Shown here: piece by piece, positions 36,744 through 49,539 of the stretch
Position numbering within the stretch: position 1 is the first letter of the stretch
How the letters are laid out: each line of letters starts with the position of its first letter
NCBI GenBank assembly: GCA_977017645.1
Contig: OZ360241.1
Span: forward strand, 70,370,001-70,434,000
Source of the DNA: Torpedo marmorata
Taxonomy: Eukaryota
Length of the DNA stretch: 64,000 nucleotides
Direction of reading: 5' to 3'
Position numbers and translations under genes: made by a program
Notes under the pieces: model-generated
What the model was told of the DNA's origin: nothing
Seen by the model: the letters and a program-made list of their open reading frames with translations, nothing else
Database searches by the model: none

Positions 36744-39700
36744 CTAAAAAAACAAATAAATAAAATTCGAATGAGCGATGGTAAAATGACAACAGATTAT
36801 TTTAAAATAAATGAGACCTTTAAGGAGTTTTATTCCAAGCTTTATACATCTGAATTTGGTAATAATTATGTTTCAATGTCAGAATTTTTAGATCGACTGA
36901 ATCTTCCGGTATTATCTCAGGATAATCGTGCAATTTTGGATAAACCTATTTCACAGGAGGACATAGCCGTGGCTATTTCCTCATTACAATCCGGTAAATC
37001 TCCAGGACTGGATGGATATCCTATAGAATTTTATAAACCTTTCTCCAAATTGCTTGTACCTCACTTGAGTGTGGTATTGGGTGACTCATTTAAAGATCAG
37101 AAGCTCCCTGTTTCATTTAATGAGGCCAGTATATCTTTAATTCTAAAGAAAGGGAAAGAACCAACAGAATGTACATCTTATAGACCCATTTCACTACTCA
37201 ATGTTGATATGAAGATTTTATCTAAGGTTTTAGCACATAGATTAGAAAATATTCTACCAATAATTAGCGATTCGGATCAGACCGGTTTTATAAAAAATCG
37301 TTATTCATATTATAACATTCATAGATTATTGAATATTTTATACTTACCCTCCACTCCAGCGACAGAATATGTCCTTTCATTAGATGTTGAAAAGGTGTTT
37401 GATCAAGTGGAATGGGAGTATCCATTTGCTACTTTAGAAAAACTTAATTTTGGTTTGGATTTTATTAATTAGATTAAATTATTATATTCATGTCCTATGG
37501 CCTCAGTTCGATCTAATTCACAACAATCAAAAATGTTTAGGCTTAATAGAGGAACGCGTCAAGGTTGCCCTTTGAGTCCTTTGCTTTTTGATATAGTACT
37601 AGAACCTCTGGCTATCGCTCTCCGACAGTGTAGAGAATTCAAAGGTGTAACTAGATGTGGAATTGAACATAAAGTATCTCTTTATGCAGATGATTTATTG
37701 CTTTTTATTTCAAATCCTGAGGTTTCTATACCAAATATATTAACTTTGTTTACTCAATTTTGTCAATTTTCAGGTTATAAATTAAATTTACATAAGAGTG
37801 AATTATTGCCTTTAAGAGGACCTCTAGTTAGTTATTCTAAGTTTCCGTTTAAAATAGTGAATGATCAATTCCAATATTTAGGAATTACAATTACAAAAAG
37901 TCATAAAAATTTAATGAAAGAGAATTTCTAGGTACTACTTAATAAGATTAAACCATTATTATCAGGTTGGTCACCCTTATCAATCACAATGATGGGTCGT
38001 ATCAATTCAATTAAAATGAATATTTTGCCTAAATTTCTTTATCTTTTCCAAGCTTACCGATTTTTATCCCTAAGGTTTTTTTTACTTCATTAGATTCGGT
38101 CCTTTCTTCGAATATATGGCAGGGAAAACAAGCACACATAAATAAAACCCATCTTCAAAAGATTAAAAGAAATGGGGAATTATCACTTCCAGATTTTAGA
38201 TATTGGGTGATTAATATTTGTAATTTGCTTTTATTATTGTATTTTTATAAGTTAGAGATTCGCCCCTTATGGGTGGAAATGGAATTGAAGTTTTCAAAAC
38301 AGACATCTATGTCAGCAATCTTGGGATCCTCTTCACCATTATCCTTTTCCAAATTAACTCATAATCTGTTATTGAGATATAAATTGAGAATATGGGTTCA
38401 GTTTAGAAAATCTTTTGGTTTTAATAGTTTTTCTCTGGTTAGTCCTATTATAGATAATCACCTTTTCCAGCCGTCCGTGTTGGACGCAGGATTTAAGGAA
38501 TGGTATAGAAAGGAAATTCATAGTTATAATGATCTTTTTATTCAAGATAACTTCGCCTCTTTCGAACAATTGGTAGCCAAATTTAATTTTTCTAATAGAC
38601 ATTTTTTTAGATATTTACAAATTGGACATTTTGTTCAGTTATTAGATTTTCCTCAAATTTCAAAAACTAATTTTCTCGATTCATTATTTAATTTACGGTT
38701 CTTTTTTTAGTGTGGATTAACGTCATGCATATATAATGATTTATTGGATATAAGATCAGTCCCTATGGCAGGGATTAAGAATGATTGGGAAAGTGATTTA
38801 AATATAACATTTTCAGACGAAGACTGGTATCATACTTTTAGCTTGATTAACATCTCTTCTTTCAGTGCAAGACATTGTTTATTACAATTTAAGGTGGTAC
38901 ATAGAATCCATATGTCTAAACTTAAATTATCTCGTTTTTATGCAGATATTGATCCATTATGTGAGAAGTGTAAAATTTTTGAAGCCTTACTGAATCATAT
39001 GTATTGGGAATGCCCAAATTTAGAGAGATTTTGGAAAGATATTTTTCAAACTTTATCGATGATTTTTAAGATTAAAATAGAACCATGTCCGTTAATTGCT
39101 TTGTTTGGTTTTTCACGTGAACCAAATATACCTTTGTCTGCATCTCAGGAGAAAGTTCAAGCCTTTTCCATGTTGATAGCCAGACGAGTAATTTTATTGA
39201 AATGGAAAACGATTCATCACCGATACATAGACAGTGGTTATAGGATGTAATGTCTTATCTGAGCTTGGAGAAAATTAGATATAATATGGCTTTGAACGGC
39301 CCGTTGAGGGAGCCGACGGTGGTTTTATTTGACATCCGCGACCGCAGGGTCTGTGCCCAAGATGGCAGCGCCTATTAATCGGCAGCAGCCACGAGGGGCT
39401 GCAGACTCCAGGGAAGCAGAGGAATGGAGCAGGGCACCAGTGGACGGAAAGATCACCCCCGTCTGAGAAGGAGAAGTGAAGGAGACGACCTACGGGATGG
39501 TGACCACGGCGGCGGACCAGTGAGGGGCTCTGAGGCTGAAGGACCAGTGCATGCGGCGGGCTGCTGGCGACTCGAGGCGTGGAACCTGCGGAGGCTGTGG
39601 GCTGCTGGAGACTGCTGTCGGGAGACTCACGCAGGGCTGCGGACTGCTGTAGACTGGCTCGAACTGGCTGGAGGAGTACCAGGTATCGGAACCGGGATGC

Positions 39701-40314
39701 GAGGGGGTGCCAAGGGCGCTGAAGGGTTCCTGACCGTGTCGGAGGTTCGGATCTGGAGCTCGGGTTGCCGATGGTTGGGACTGGACACTGTGTGGCTGTG
39801 GAGGCTGCGGAAGTGCTGGAGGCGAATCTACGGACACTCGATGACTCTGGGGGGATTCTCTTTTGCTTCTCTTTCTCTGACTGTAAGGAATGTTAGAGGC
39901 GCTTAGGCAATTTCTGCCAGTGGCGAATCTGTCTGCCTTGCATCAGGCAAAAAGAAATTTCATGGAATATGACACTGTTTTATTACTATGACAATAAATT
40001 GAATCTTGAATCTTGAAAGATAGAAAGTTTCAATTTCTAAAGATATGGGGCCCTTTTATAGAGGGAGGGGTTAGATTAGAATTAGCTTTTTTTTGGGATT
40101 TATTTTTATATTTTACATTTTAGTCAATTTGGAATATGAATTTTTACATGAATTTATAACATATTCATAACTGGTTCTATATTTAAACTTGGGAACTGGT
40201 TAATGTCGTTTCATTTGCTTGTTTTTCCTTTGAATTTGTATGATTATATGTTTTCATTTTTTTTCTTGTATGTTTGTTTATATGTTAAACTCAATAAAAA
40301 TATTTTGAAAAAAA
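36744..40314 (+). mobile_element. L1/Tx1-clade LINE, 5'-truncated, disrupted ORF2
   Basis: ORFs 36771-37472 (KSPGLDG, SYRPISLLNVD, DQTGF), 37497-37931 (RGTRQGCPLSPLLF, LYADD), 38207-38710 and 38744-39250 (CEKC...HMYWEC knuckle); T-rich 3'UTR, AATAAA and A-tail to 40314; stops and frameshifts. Confidence 0.95.
39288..40016 (+). mobile_element. GC-rich non-autonomous retroposon nested in the L1 ORF2 C-terminus
   Basis: Family match; (gaatctt)n tail; L1 sequence resumes at about 40017. Confidence 0.9.
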
Positions 40315-41020
40315 GAAATCTCTTGGAACTCTGACTTCTGAAGCAGTAGCTCTAAAAACAATGCACAAATTGTCAAGATAATGTATTTCACATTAGGTTC
40401 AAATCAACTGTAAAAACAAAAACAAATTACCATGGGATTAGTTTTATGTGGGAGTCATATGAACGAGTGCTAGAAATGGATGGCTCTTCAATTGATTGAT
40501 CCAAGTTCACAGTGTTCCTTTGAGATTTGAAAATGCAAAGTTTGAGTAGTGCTGTTTGCTTATGCGACATTAACCCTCTCATTCCTCATCTTCTGCTTCC
40601 TTGCAATAGTTTATATCAGTTTAAAAGGTGGTAGAATTTGGAAGACAAGTTGTAAAAATGTTATTGTCACCAGTGTAGCTATAGAGGTGGCTCAGTGTGT
40701 TTGGAATACAATTTTAATTCAGATTTCAGATTTTTTTTTCAGATTTCATATTTATTGTCAGAGTACATACATGACATCACATACAACCCTGAGATTCTTT
40801 TTCCTGTGGGCAAGGCAGAATTACCACTTATTGGTAGCGCAAAAAAAAACTACACAACATATACATGTAACAAGTAAAGAGATGTAAACAAGCTGACTGT
40901 GCAATACAGAGAGAAAAAAAATCAATAAAGTGCAAAAGTAAGAGTCTTTAAATAGGTCCCTGACTGAGTTTGTTGTTGTTGCGTCTGATGGTGGAGGGGT
41001 AGCAGCTGTTCCTGAACCTG
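40315..41020 (+). repeat. Right copy of the ~690-bp direct duplication
   Basis: Starts gaaatctcttggaactctgac immediately after the L1 A-tail. Confidence 0.93.
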
Positions 41021-41252
41021 GTGGTGCGAGTCTTGTGGCATCAATACCTCTTTTCTGATGGTAGCAGCGAGAACAGAGCGTGTGCTGGGTGGTTTGGATC
41101 CATGATGATTGCTGCTGCTCTCCGATGGCAGCGTTCCCTGTAGATGTTCTCGATGGTGGGGAGGGTTTTGCCTGTGATGTCCTGGACTGTGTCCACTACC
41201 TTTTGCAGGCTTCACGCTCGGGTATTGGTGTCCCCGTACCAGACCGTGATGC
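40717..41252 (-). mobile_element. Rex1/Babar-like LINE family A, 3' fragment
   Basis: Shared 3'UTR and ORF C-terminus. Confidence 0.9.
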
Positions 41253-41683
41253 ATGAAGTAATTTAATACATTGTCACAATAGGCATATAACCCATGAAAT
41301 GGAAATCAAATATATATTTTTGCAGAGGTACTGAGTGCTCTTGCTGTAATTCTAGTCTTGGGAAATGTCATTTTTTTAGAATTTGGAAATAGAAAATTGA
41401 AGATAAATGGTCCCAGCTACTGGGTGATCTCACTAAGCCATTGTAACAAACTGTTGATAGGATTGTGAGCCTGCAGAGGCATTGTCTTTAATTAACTCAA
41501 GTTGCCTGAGTTCAGCACTGAACAAAAGCTGTTACTCTTGAAAAAATGTATGGATGCAGAGATAAGCTTTATACTGTAGTAATAAGACTTCCCATAGCAA
41601 CTGCTTTATTTCAAGGAGACATGCCATGGCAACAGTCTGTGAATGACAACATTGCCGAGTATCATCACTTGTACCACAACTGT

Positions 41684-42422
41684 CACAGAAATGTTAGTTC
41701 CACTTCACCTCATATACTCCCCTACTCAAACCTCAGAAGTTTAACACACTGTTCCATGTAATAACGGGACAGATTTTGTTGTAGCAGAGCATTTAATCAT
41801 GTTGCATCTATTTGTTGTTGTTAGTTTTAATTGCACATGTTTATTTGTGATGTATATAGCACTTTTTTTTTAACTTCCGGTTGGATGCTAATTGTATCTC
41901 ATTGGCTAGTTTTGCACTGGTACAATGACAATAAAGTTTATCTAATCTAATCTAATCTAATTTAATAGAAGCAGGAATGCACATTAACATGAATTCCTGA
42001 GGATATTCTCTAATGCATGTCATGTTACAGTATAAATGGGATGATAGTAGACAATGGTGCATGACACAAAAGGAGCCATTAAAAAATGGCATCAGACAGA
42101 ATGCATTGTGAGCAAAAGAGAGCAGTAGAATGATTTATTTGATATGATTTTGAAGGATTGCTTTAGTTCAGGCACACACAGCTGTCTCTTTTGGTCCATT
42201 TTCTCCTCATTAAGCTAAGTGTGTGAACACTAAGGTTGTCTGTATTTCCAGAAAGATCAGAATTACTTCCAGGTCAAATCTAACAGGAACAGTACACAGA
42301 ACTGTTAGTTCCACTTCACCTCATATACTCCCCTACTCAAACCTCAGAAGTTTAACACACTGTTCCATGTAATAACGGGACAGATTTTGCTGTAGCAGAG
42401 CATTTAATCATGTTGCATCTAT
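41684..42422 (+). repeat. 128-bp direct duplication (41684-41811 / 42295-42422) around a LINE tail ending (tctaa)n
   Basis: cacagaa.tgttagttccacttcacctcatatactcccc...catgttgcatctat occurs twice; tgacaataaagtt(tatctaa) tail at about 41925-41961. Confidence 0.88.
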
Positions 42423-42778
42423 CTTAATCTGCATCTTTCAGCACAAAACTTTTCCTGAGAGTTCGAGCAGACAATGATGCAGTGAGGGAAACAGGACATT
42501 AAGGATTAAGGTAAACAGCACAACTAATGGTGTACCTTCTTAACCTATCTGAATAACTGCCTGAGAAGATTCATAGAGTCATATCGCAATGGAAACAGAC
42601 CCTTCAGCCCACCCCAGAATCAGAATCAGAATTTATTGTCATGAACAAGTCATGAAATTTGGTGTTTTGCGGAAGCATCATAGTGCAAACATTCATATTA
42701 TTACCATCCAAAAACATTACTGTAAAAAATATATATAAATAATAGTGCACGAAAGTAAGGCAGTGTCTTTGGTTCATT

Positions 42779-42929
42779 TAATGAAGGGCTTTGATGAAGG
42801 GCTCAAGCCCGAAACGTCGGTTATGTATTTCTACCTTTGCTACATAAAAGACACTGTTTGACCTGCTGAGTTCTCCAGCATTTGTGTTTTTTACTTCAAC
42901 CACGGTGTCTACAGATTTTCGTGTTTTAC
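42779..42929 (+). mobile_element. Short PLE terminal-repeat insertion starting at the hammerhead-like motif
   Basis: Near-identical to 33466-33605; 14-bp TSD gtctttggttcatt (42765-42778 / 42930-42943). Confidence 0.9.
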
Positions 42930-44574
42930 GTCTTTGGTTCATTGATTATTCAGGAATCTGATGGTAGCGGGGAAGAAGCTGTCCTTGTGCCGTTGAGTGC
43001 ATGACTTTCGGCTCCTGTACCTTTTTCCCGATGGTAGCAGAGTGAAGAGGGCATGGCCTGGGTGGTGGGAGTCTTTAAGGTCAGAGGCTGCTTTTTTTAG
43101 ACACCGTCTCGTGTAGATGTCCTCGATGGAGTGAAGTCTGGTGCCTGTGATGTCACAAGCCGAGTTAACAACCCTCTGGAGTTTGTTCTTGTCCTGAGAG
43201 TTGGCGCCTCTATACCAGGCAGTGATGCAACCAGCCAGAATGCTCTCCACAGTACACCTGTAGAAGTTTACGAGAGTCTTCGGTGACATACCGAATCTCC
43301 TCAGACACCTCACAAAGTATAGCCGCTGGCGAGCCTTCTTTGTGATTGCATCAACGTGGAGGCTCCAGGACAGATCCTCGGAGATGTTGACACCCAGAAT
43401 TTGAAGTTCTTGACCCTCTCCACTGCTGAGCCCTCGATGAGGATTGGGTCGTGTTCCCCTGACTTCCTCCTGAAGTCCACAATCATCTCCTTGGTTTTGC
43501 TGACGTTGAGCGCAAGGTTGTTGTCGTTACACCATTCAACGAGCTGATCTATCTCCCTCCTGTACGCTTCCTCATTGCCGTTTGTGATTCTGCCGACAAC
43601 TGTGTTGTCATCGGCAAACTTGTAGATGGCATTGGAATTGTGCCTGGCCACACAGTCATGGGTGTATAACAAGTAGAGCAGTGGGCTAAGCACGCATCCT
43701 TGGAGTGCGCCTGTGTTGATAATCAGTGAGGACAAGACATTGTTTCCAATTCGTACTGACTGTGGTCTTCCGATGAGAAAGTCAAGGATCCAGTTGCAGA
43801 GTGGGGTTCAGAGACCTAGAGTTTGTAGCTTCTTGACCAGCACTGAGGGAATAATGGTATTGAAGGCCGAGCTGTAGTCGATGAAGAGCAGCCATATGTA
43901 TGAATTGCTGTTTTCGAGGTAATCCAGAGCTGAGTGGAGAGCCAGCGATATTGCATCTGCTGTGGAGCGATTGTGATGATAGGCGAATTGCAGTGTGTCC
44001 AGATCTTTGCTTAGGTACGTGTTAATTCTGGCCATGACCAGCCTCTCAAAGCATTTCATCACAGTAGAAGTTAGTGCTACTGGGCGGTAGTCGTTGAGGC
44101 AGATCACACTACTCTTCTTGGGTACCGGGATGTTTAATGCCCTTTTGAAGCAGGTGGGAACCTCTGACTGCAGCAATGAGAGGTTGAAAATGTCCGTGAA
44201 CACTCCGGCTAGTTGGTTGGCGCAGATTTTCAGTACCCTGCTAGGTACGCCGTCAGGGCCTGACGCCTTGCGAGGGTTCACCCTCTTGAATGATGTTCTG
44301 ACGTCGCCCTCAGAGACAGATATCACAGGGTCCTCAGCCTTTTCAGGGATTCTAGTAGGCACTGTTTGATTCTTCTTCTCAAAGCGGGCATAGAAGGTGT
44401 TCAGCTCATCGGGTAGTGAAGCATCACAGCCGTCTATAGTGTTCGCCCTCGCTTTGTAGGCTGTAATGGCCTGCACTCCCTGCCATAGCTGGCGTGTATC
44501 TGTCTATGTCTCTAGCTTCCTCTGGAATTGCCACTTTGCTTCAGAGATGGCCTTCCGCAGGTCGTGCCTGGACT

Positions 44575-45420
44575 CAAGAAGATGGCTGCGCTGCCGGAGC
44601 CACTGTAGCGACATCGTTGCCGCTGGTGCAGACCCGTGAGGAGCGTGGGAGCTGAGATACAGCGCTCCCGCGGGGTCCAGCCGCCAAGTCGACTGCCGTC
44701 GGTTCCACATGGGCTTTGAACAGCCCGTTAAAGGAGCCGACGGTGGTTTTATTTAAGATCCCGCGACCGCGGGGTCTGCGCCCAAGATGACAGCGCCTAT
44801 TAATCGGCAGCAGCCACGAGGGGCTGCAGACTCCGGGGAACCGGGGGACTGGAGCAGGGCACCAGTGGACGGGAAGATCACCCCCGTCTGAGAAGGAGAA
44901 GCGGAGGAGACGACCCAAGGGACGGTGACCACGGCGGCGGACTGGTGATGGGCTCTGAGGCTGAAGGACCAGTGCATGCGGCGGGCTGCTGGCGACTTGA
45001 GGCCCGCGGAGGCTGTGGGCTGCTGGAGACTGCTGTCAGGGGACTCACGACGGGCTGCGGACTGCTGGAGGTTGGCTCAAACTGGCTGGAGGAGTACCAG
45101 GTATCGGAACCGTGATGTGAGGGGGTGCCGAGGGCGACCTGACCGTGTTGGAGGTTCGGATCTGGAGTTCGGGATGCCGATCGTTTGGACTGGACTCTGT
45201 GTGGCTGCGGAAGCGCTGGAGGCGAATCTATGGACACTCGGTGACTCTGGGGGGACTCTCTTTTGCTTCTCTTTCTCTGACTGTAAGGAATGTTAGAGGC
45301 GCTTAGGCAATATCTGCCGATGGCGAATCTGTCTGCCTTGCAGCAGGCAAGAAGAAATTTTGTGGTATATGACACTGTCTTATTGCTGTGACAATAAATT
45401 GAATCTTGAATCTTGAATCT
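44575..45420 (+). mobile_element. GC-rich non-autonomous retroposon, near full length, nested in Rex1-B
   Basis: Starts aagatggctgcgctgccggagcc; ends (gaatctt)n; host LINE reads ...gcctggact|tcttgtaaag across it. Confidence 0.92.
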
Positions 45421-48400
45421 TCTTGTAAAGATCCCGGTCCCCGGCCTTAAACGCCCTTGTTCTCGCCCTCAGCTGGTTGCAAATTCTCTGATTCATCCAG
45501 GGCTTCTGGTTGGGGAACACCTGGTATTTGCGCGTGGGCACACACTCATCCACGCAGGTCTTGATGAAGTCAGTGACACCTGTTGCATATTCATTCAGGT
45601 CTATGGATGAGTTCTTGAATATGTTCCAGTCCACCAATCTATACTAACCATCAATTAACCAGCTGTACTATTTCCATTTACAATTAAGAGAATATAAATT
45701 GGCGAGTATAAAAAGGGAGTACAAATTAGAGCAGGCAAATTCTATGTCAATCAAGTCTGAGGAAAAAAAAAGGGTGGGGGGTGTAATTAAATTAAAAGAG
45801 AAACTGAAGGAACCAGACATGAAAGTTTAAACCTTTTTTTAAAAAAATGGCATTATTCGATTAAGACTCCACGCTTGGAACTCTTGATTGTTAGTGCCAA
45901 AGAGGTTGATTGGCAGCAGCAGTTAAATAGTTATTAAAAGGCCACTTATGCTCGCAATGACAATGGCAGCACTTGGCTTCTTTTGTACTAAGCAGCAATC
46001 TCACATCTTTTATTGGATTTCAATGGTGAAGCAGACTGCAAAAAGCCATTTTTCAAAGCAGCACAACCGGAGTTTGGATTTAAGCACCTATGTACAAGTG
46101 TCATTAAACCTCAGTTTTATTGCTGAGAGCAAACTCTGTTGCATTGTGATTGTTTCTGTTCCCCACACCTGCACCTGGTCTGAGTTAAAATCCATCAGTG
46201 AACTGCCTTATTTTGAATAACTTGTTAAGGAAGTGCAGGAAGTTTTGATGCCAATGTACTAAAATAACTTTCCTGAGGCATTTCAAACTCCGAAAGGAAG
46301 TTGGCTCATGACCAATTCCTTACTTTGGGATCCCATGGGCTCTGGTTGGAAAGATTGTTTCCAGCCATCGTAAACCAAATTCATATTGCATTATATTACA
46401 TGAAAGTATATTGCATTGCATTGAATCATTTTATCTTGCATTGTATTGAATTGTCATTTAGAGTGAGATAGTTTTGACATGTAGTGACATTGCCGACACT
46501 TTGACCTTCTGCAGCCAATGAGTAGACCAAGCAAAGTTGTCCTGTTTCACGGGCTAATAAATCACCTTCTTGCCCACGTTAGCGATCCTGCAACTTTACT
46601 TGAAATTACTGCCAGTGCAACATCATTCATGTGCGGCCCGTGGCACTAACAAAGCAACAGCAGGTTTCAAGAGAGGAGCCTCCCATCCAGCTGATCTACA
46701 TCCAAAGGGGGAATGATCAGCGTGCTTTCCTGCTGAATCTATTGGTTCCCTATTGAATGCCATTTGAAAGGCACAAAATTTATTAAAATGATATTAATAT
46801 TCCAGCTCTTCGACAAGATTTAACTGTGTATAAAAGCAAGACTAATTTGGTGTTATTTTAATATGCAGCTCGCTACATCTGGGCCCTTGTTTTAATTGCT
46901 GTGTCCTGTCTCAGAATAACAAGTAAAGCAACCATTAGTCTGGTCTATCACAAAGATCATGCTCCCTAACAATGAATCATATTGGATTCATGATATTCAT
47001 CTGCAATGCCTCAGTGTATTTCAGCGAATGAGCCATCCCATATAATGTAAACTGACAGTAGTGTCAAGCCCAGAGGAAAATTAATAACGTTTATGAGAAA
47101 TACACCTGCAGACTTAAGCATAACCTTGATATAAAGTCATTACTTACAAAATTAAAAATTGAAAACATGATGGCGTGGACATGTTTCTTTCAATTCCCTC
47201 TCATTCTTTCCTCAATGTAACGAAGCTCACTTGTGTGGTATAAACTCATTGAGTCATTCTACTTGAGTAAGCCCACGAAACAAAACTGCTGAGATATCAG
47301 CAATGTTTTCCCCTCTCTACCCATTTTGAAGAGGATTGACACCTTGTTGAGTACTTGGAAATGCAAGTAGGCTCATGTCTAACCTGGGAGTCCAGGAATA
47401 TTTGCATCACAGTCATTAGTTATTCTTTGGATATCCTCTAACAAAATCATTACTGGACTCATTATTTTACAAGTATGGCTACAACAGAAATACAGAGCCT
47501 GAATATCCTGTCGAGATTGACATCTCTTCACAGCTCAAAATCATTCTATCAATCACAGGGCATATCAGGATTGCGATGCAATATCTTCCCCTTGTTTGTA
47601 AGTATGCAGATCTAATAACACTCAGGAAACTCAATATCAACTGGGATACATCAAGCAGATTGATTGCTAACTCCATCTGCCAACTTGTGCATTCACTCCG
47701 TCCACCACCTAATGGCTCTGAAGGTACATTGTGGGACTTCAACCCACAACCTTTTACGTCTAGAAAGAAAAGGACAGCAGGGTATGAGTCTGCCACCTCC
47801 TTCAACTCTCACAACTTCCTGTCTTGGAAATACATTGCCTTTCCAACATCATCACTGAATCTAAATCCTGAAACCACCCACTTTTACATTCCCCTGCCAA
47901 TTGTCAGACAAGTCACCCAACGGATTGCAAGTGGACCAACCACCTTCTTAAGGCCAATTAGGAACAGACAATAACTGCTTCCGTCACTGGGGAGGGGTCG
48001 GGATGGGGGGGGAACATCTTATGAATGAACAAAAGAAAAGTTGTATGACCCAAGTAACTATTTCTTGAAGTGTGAGTTTCAGCATTTTGTGTGCGCTGTA
48101 CTGTATGGATTCCTCCAAGAATTAGACTTGAGCCCATCAAGTCAAGTCCATACAAGTAGGGTTTAATGATTGAAACTGGAGTCCTGGATAATTTCCCTTT
48201 TTCTACTGTGGGTCACAGGGGGAGATTGCGATGTCTCTGGGGCTTTCTGGAAAGAGATCAATTAACACATTGTGGACTAAAAATCACATTTAGCTTTCAT
48301 CTCAGAAAAGGCCACTTGGCCCACTGATGTGAGCTCATGTTTGTGCTCTACACAACTCTGAGGTAAGGCTGATTCAGTTATTTACTGATGCACTGAGTTT

Positions 48401-49539
48401 TGGGGGAGAGGAGAAGCAGTACCATTCATATCCCTATATTTTTTGGCCATTGAGGGTAAAAAGGCCTTAAACTCCAGCTCATATGGATGCTTTTAGCAAT
48501 GGTGACAAGATACTAATGAAGTGTGGATAACACAAGTGACATTTATTCACCCAAGTCCAAGGAGATGGCACTGTTTTTGATATTTCAACTTATACGTAGT
48601 TGGAATGAGCCAGTTAAAATGGTAGATGACTTTCTCGTGTGCTTGGGTTCGTACTCTGTCCTATGGCAGATTTACCCACCGCTGTTTTTTGAGAACTGAA
48701 CCTGAGCAGGTTAAAGTCAGTCACTTCCTTTACAGCAAATTCATTTTAATCAGTCAAACAGGAAGGTTCATGGCTGCCAAGCCTAATACATTAGCATGTA
48801 TTTTACAGATTGTCTGGATGAGTGCAAGATGCAAGAGTTTTGCTTTTGGCACATCAAGTGACAAGATCATTACGAAGAGAAATGCTCTTGTGCAAGATAA
48901 GTTTGTCAGAGAGAAGGATGTAGTAAAATAGGCAAGTAGCAAGATGTCAGGAGGCTGGAGTGGAGCTTCATAACAAAGACCAGTTAAACTGAATGACCCA
49001 TATTTGAATCAGAATTACACAATTTTGGTTGGTTACCTCTGGATTTGACTAATCCAGCGCACTGCTGGCTGACCTTCTTGAACTGCTCTCTGTGTTTCAA
49101 AAATTAACCAAAACCCTGTATTCTAACTCAAATCATCCCTGCCACCTGTAATTGCTGAATTCTGTAAGTTGCCAGTTAAACAAAGTCCAGCTTTGGAATT
49201 CTCATTTTAATTTTGGAATCTCTCAATAGTTTCACCCATCCCTCCACTGTAACCTTGTGAGATAATTGGACTTCCCAAACCTGCTGCTTGATCAATCTGA
49301 ATATTGTCATTCACCATTGACAGGGTAGATTGTCAAGGCCTTAAGCTTTGAAATTCCCAACAAACCCCATCGCGCTCCCTGCTTCTCTTTCACCTTTAAC
49401 AATCCCCAAAATCCATATCTTTGACCCAGTTTTCAGTTGCTTGCCTTGGCAATTTCTGTTTCGTAGAACGCCTGTGAAATGCCTGAGGGTGTTTTACTAT
49501 GTTAAAAGTATTGTATAAATGAACATTCATGTTGTAATC

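Larger units (their letters stand above)
42616..45637 (-). mobile_element. Rex1/Babar-like LINE family B, long RT fragment with two nested insertions
   Basis: ORFs 45380-45637, 43808-44476 ([30 protein letters not shown]), 43310-43735 ([15 protein letters not shown]) and 42939-43313; (ttctga)n tail. Confidence 0.95.

Noticed and set aside
36771-39250. Active autonomous L1 (likewise the Rex1 and PLE copies)
   Set aside because: 5'-truncated, lacking the N-terminal regions, with stops, frameshifts or nested insertions.
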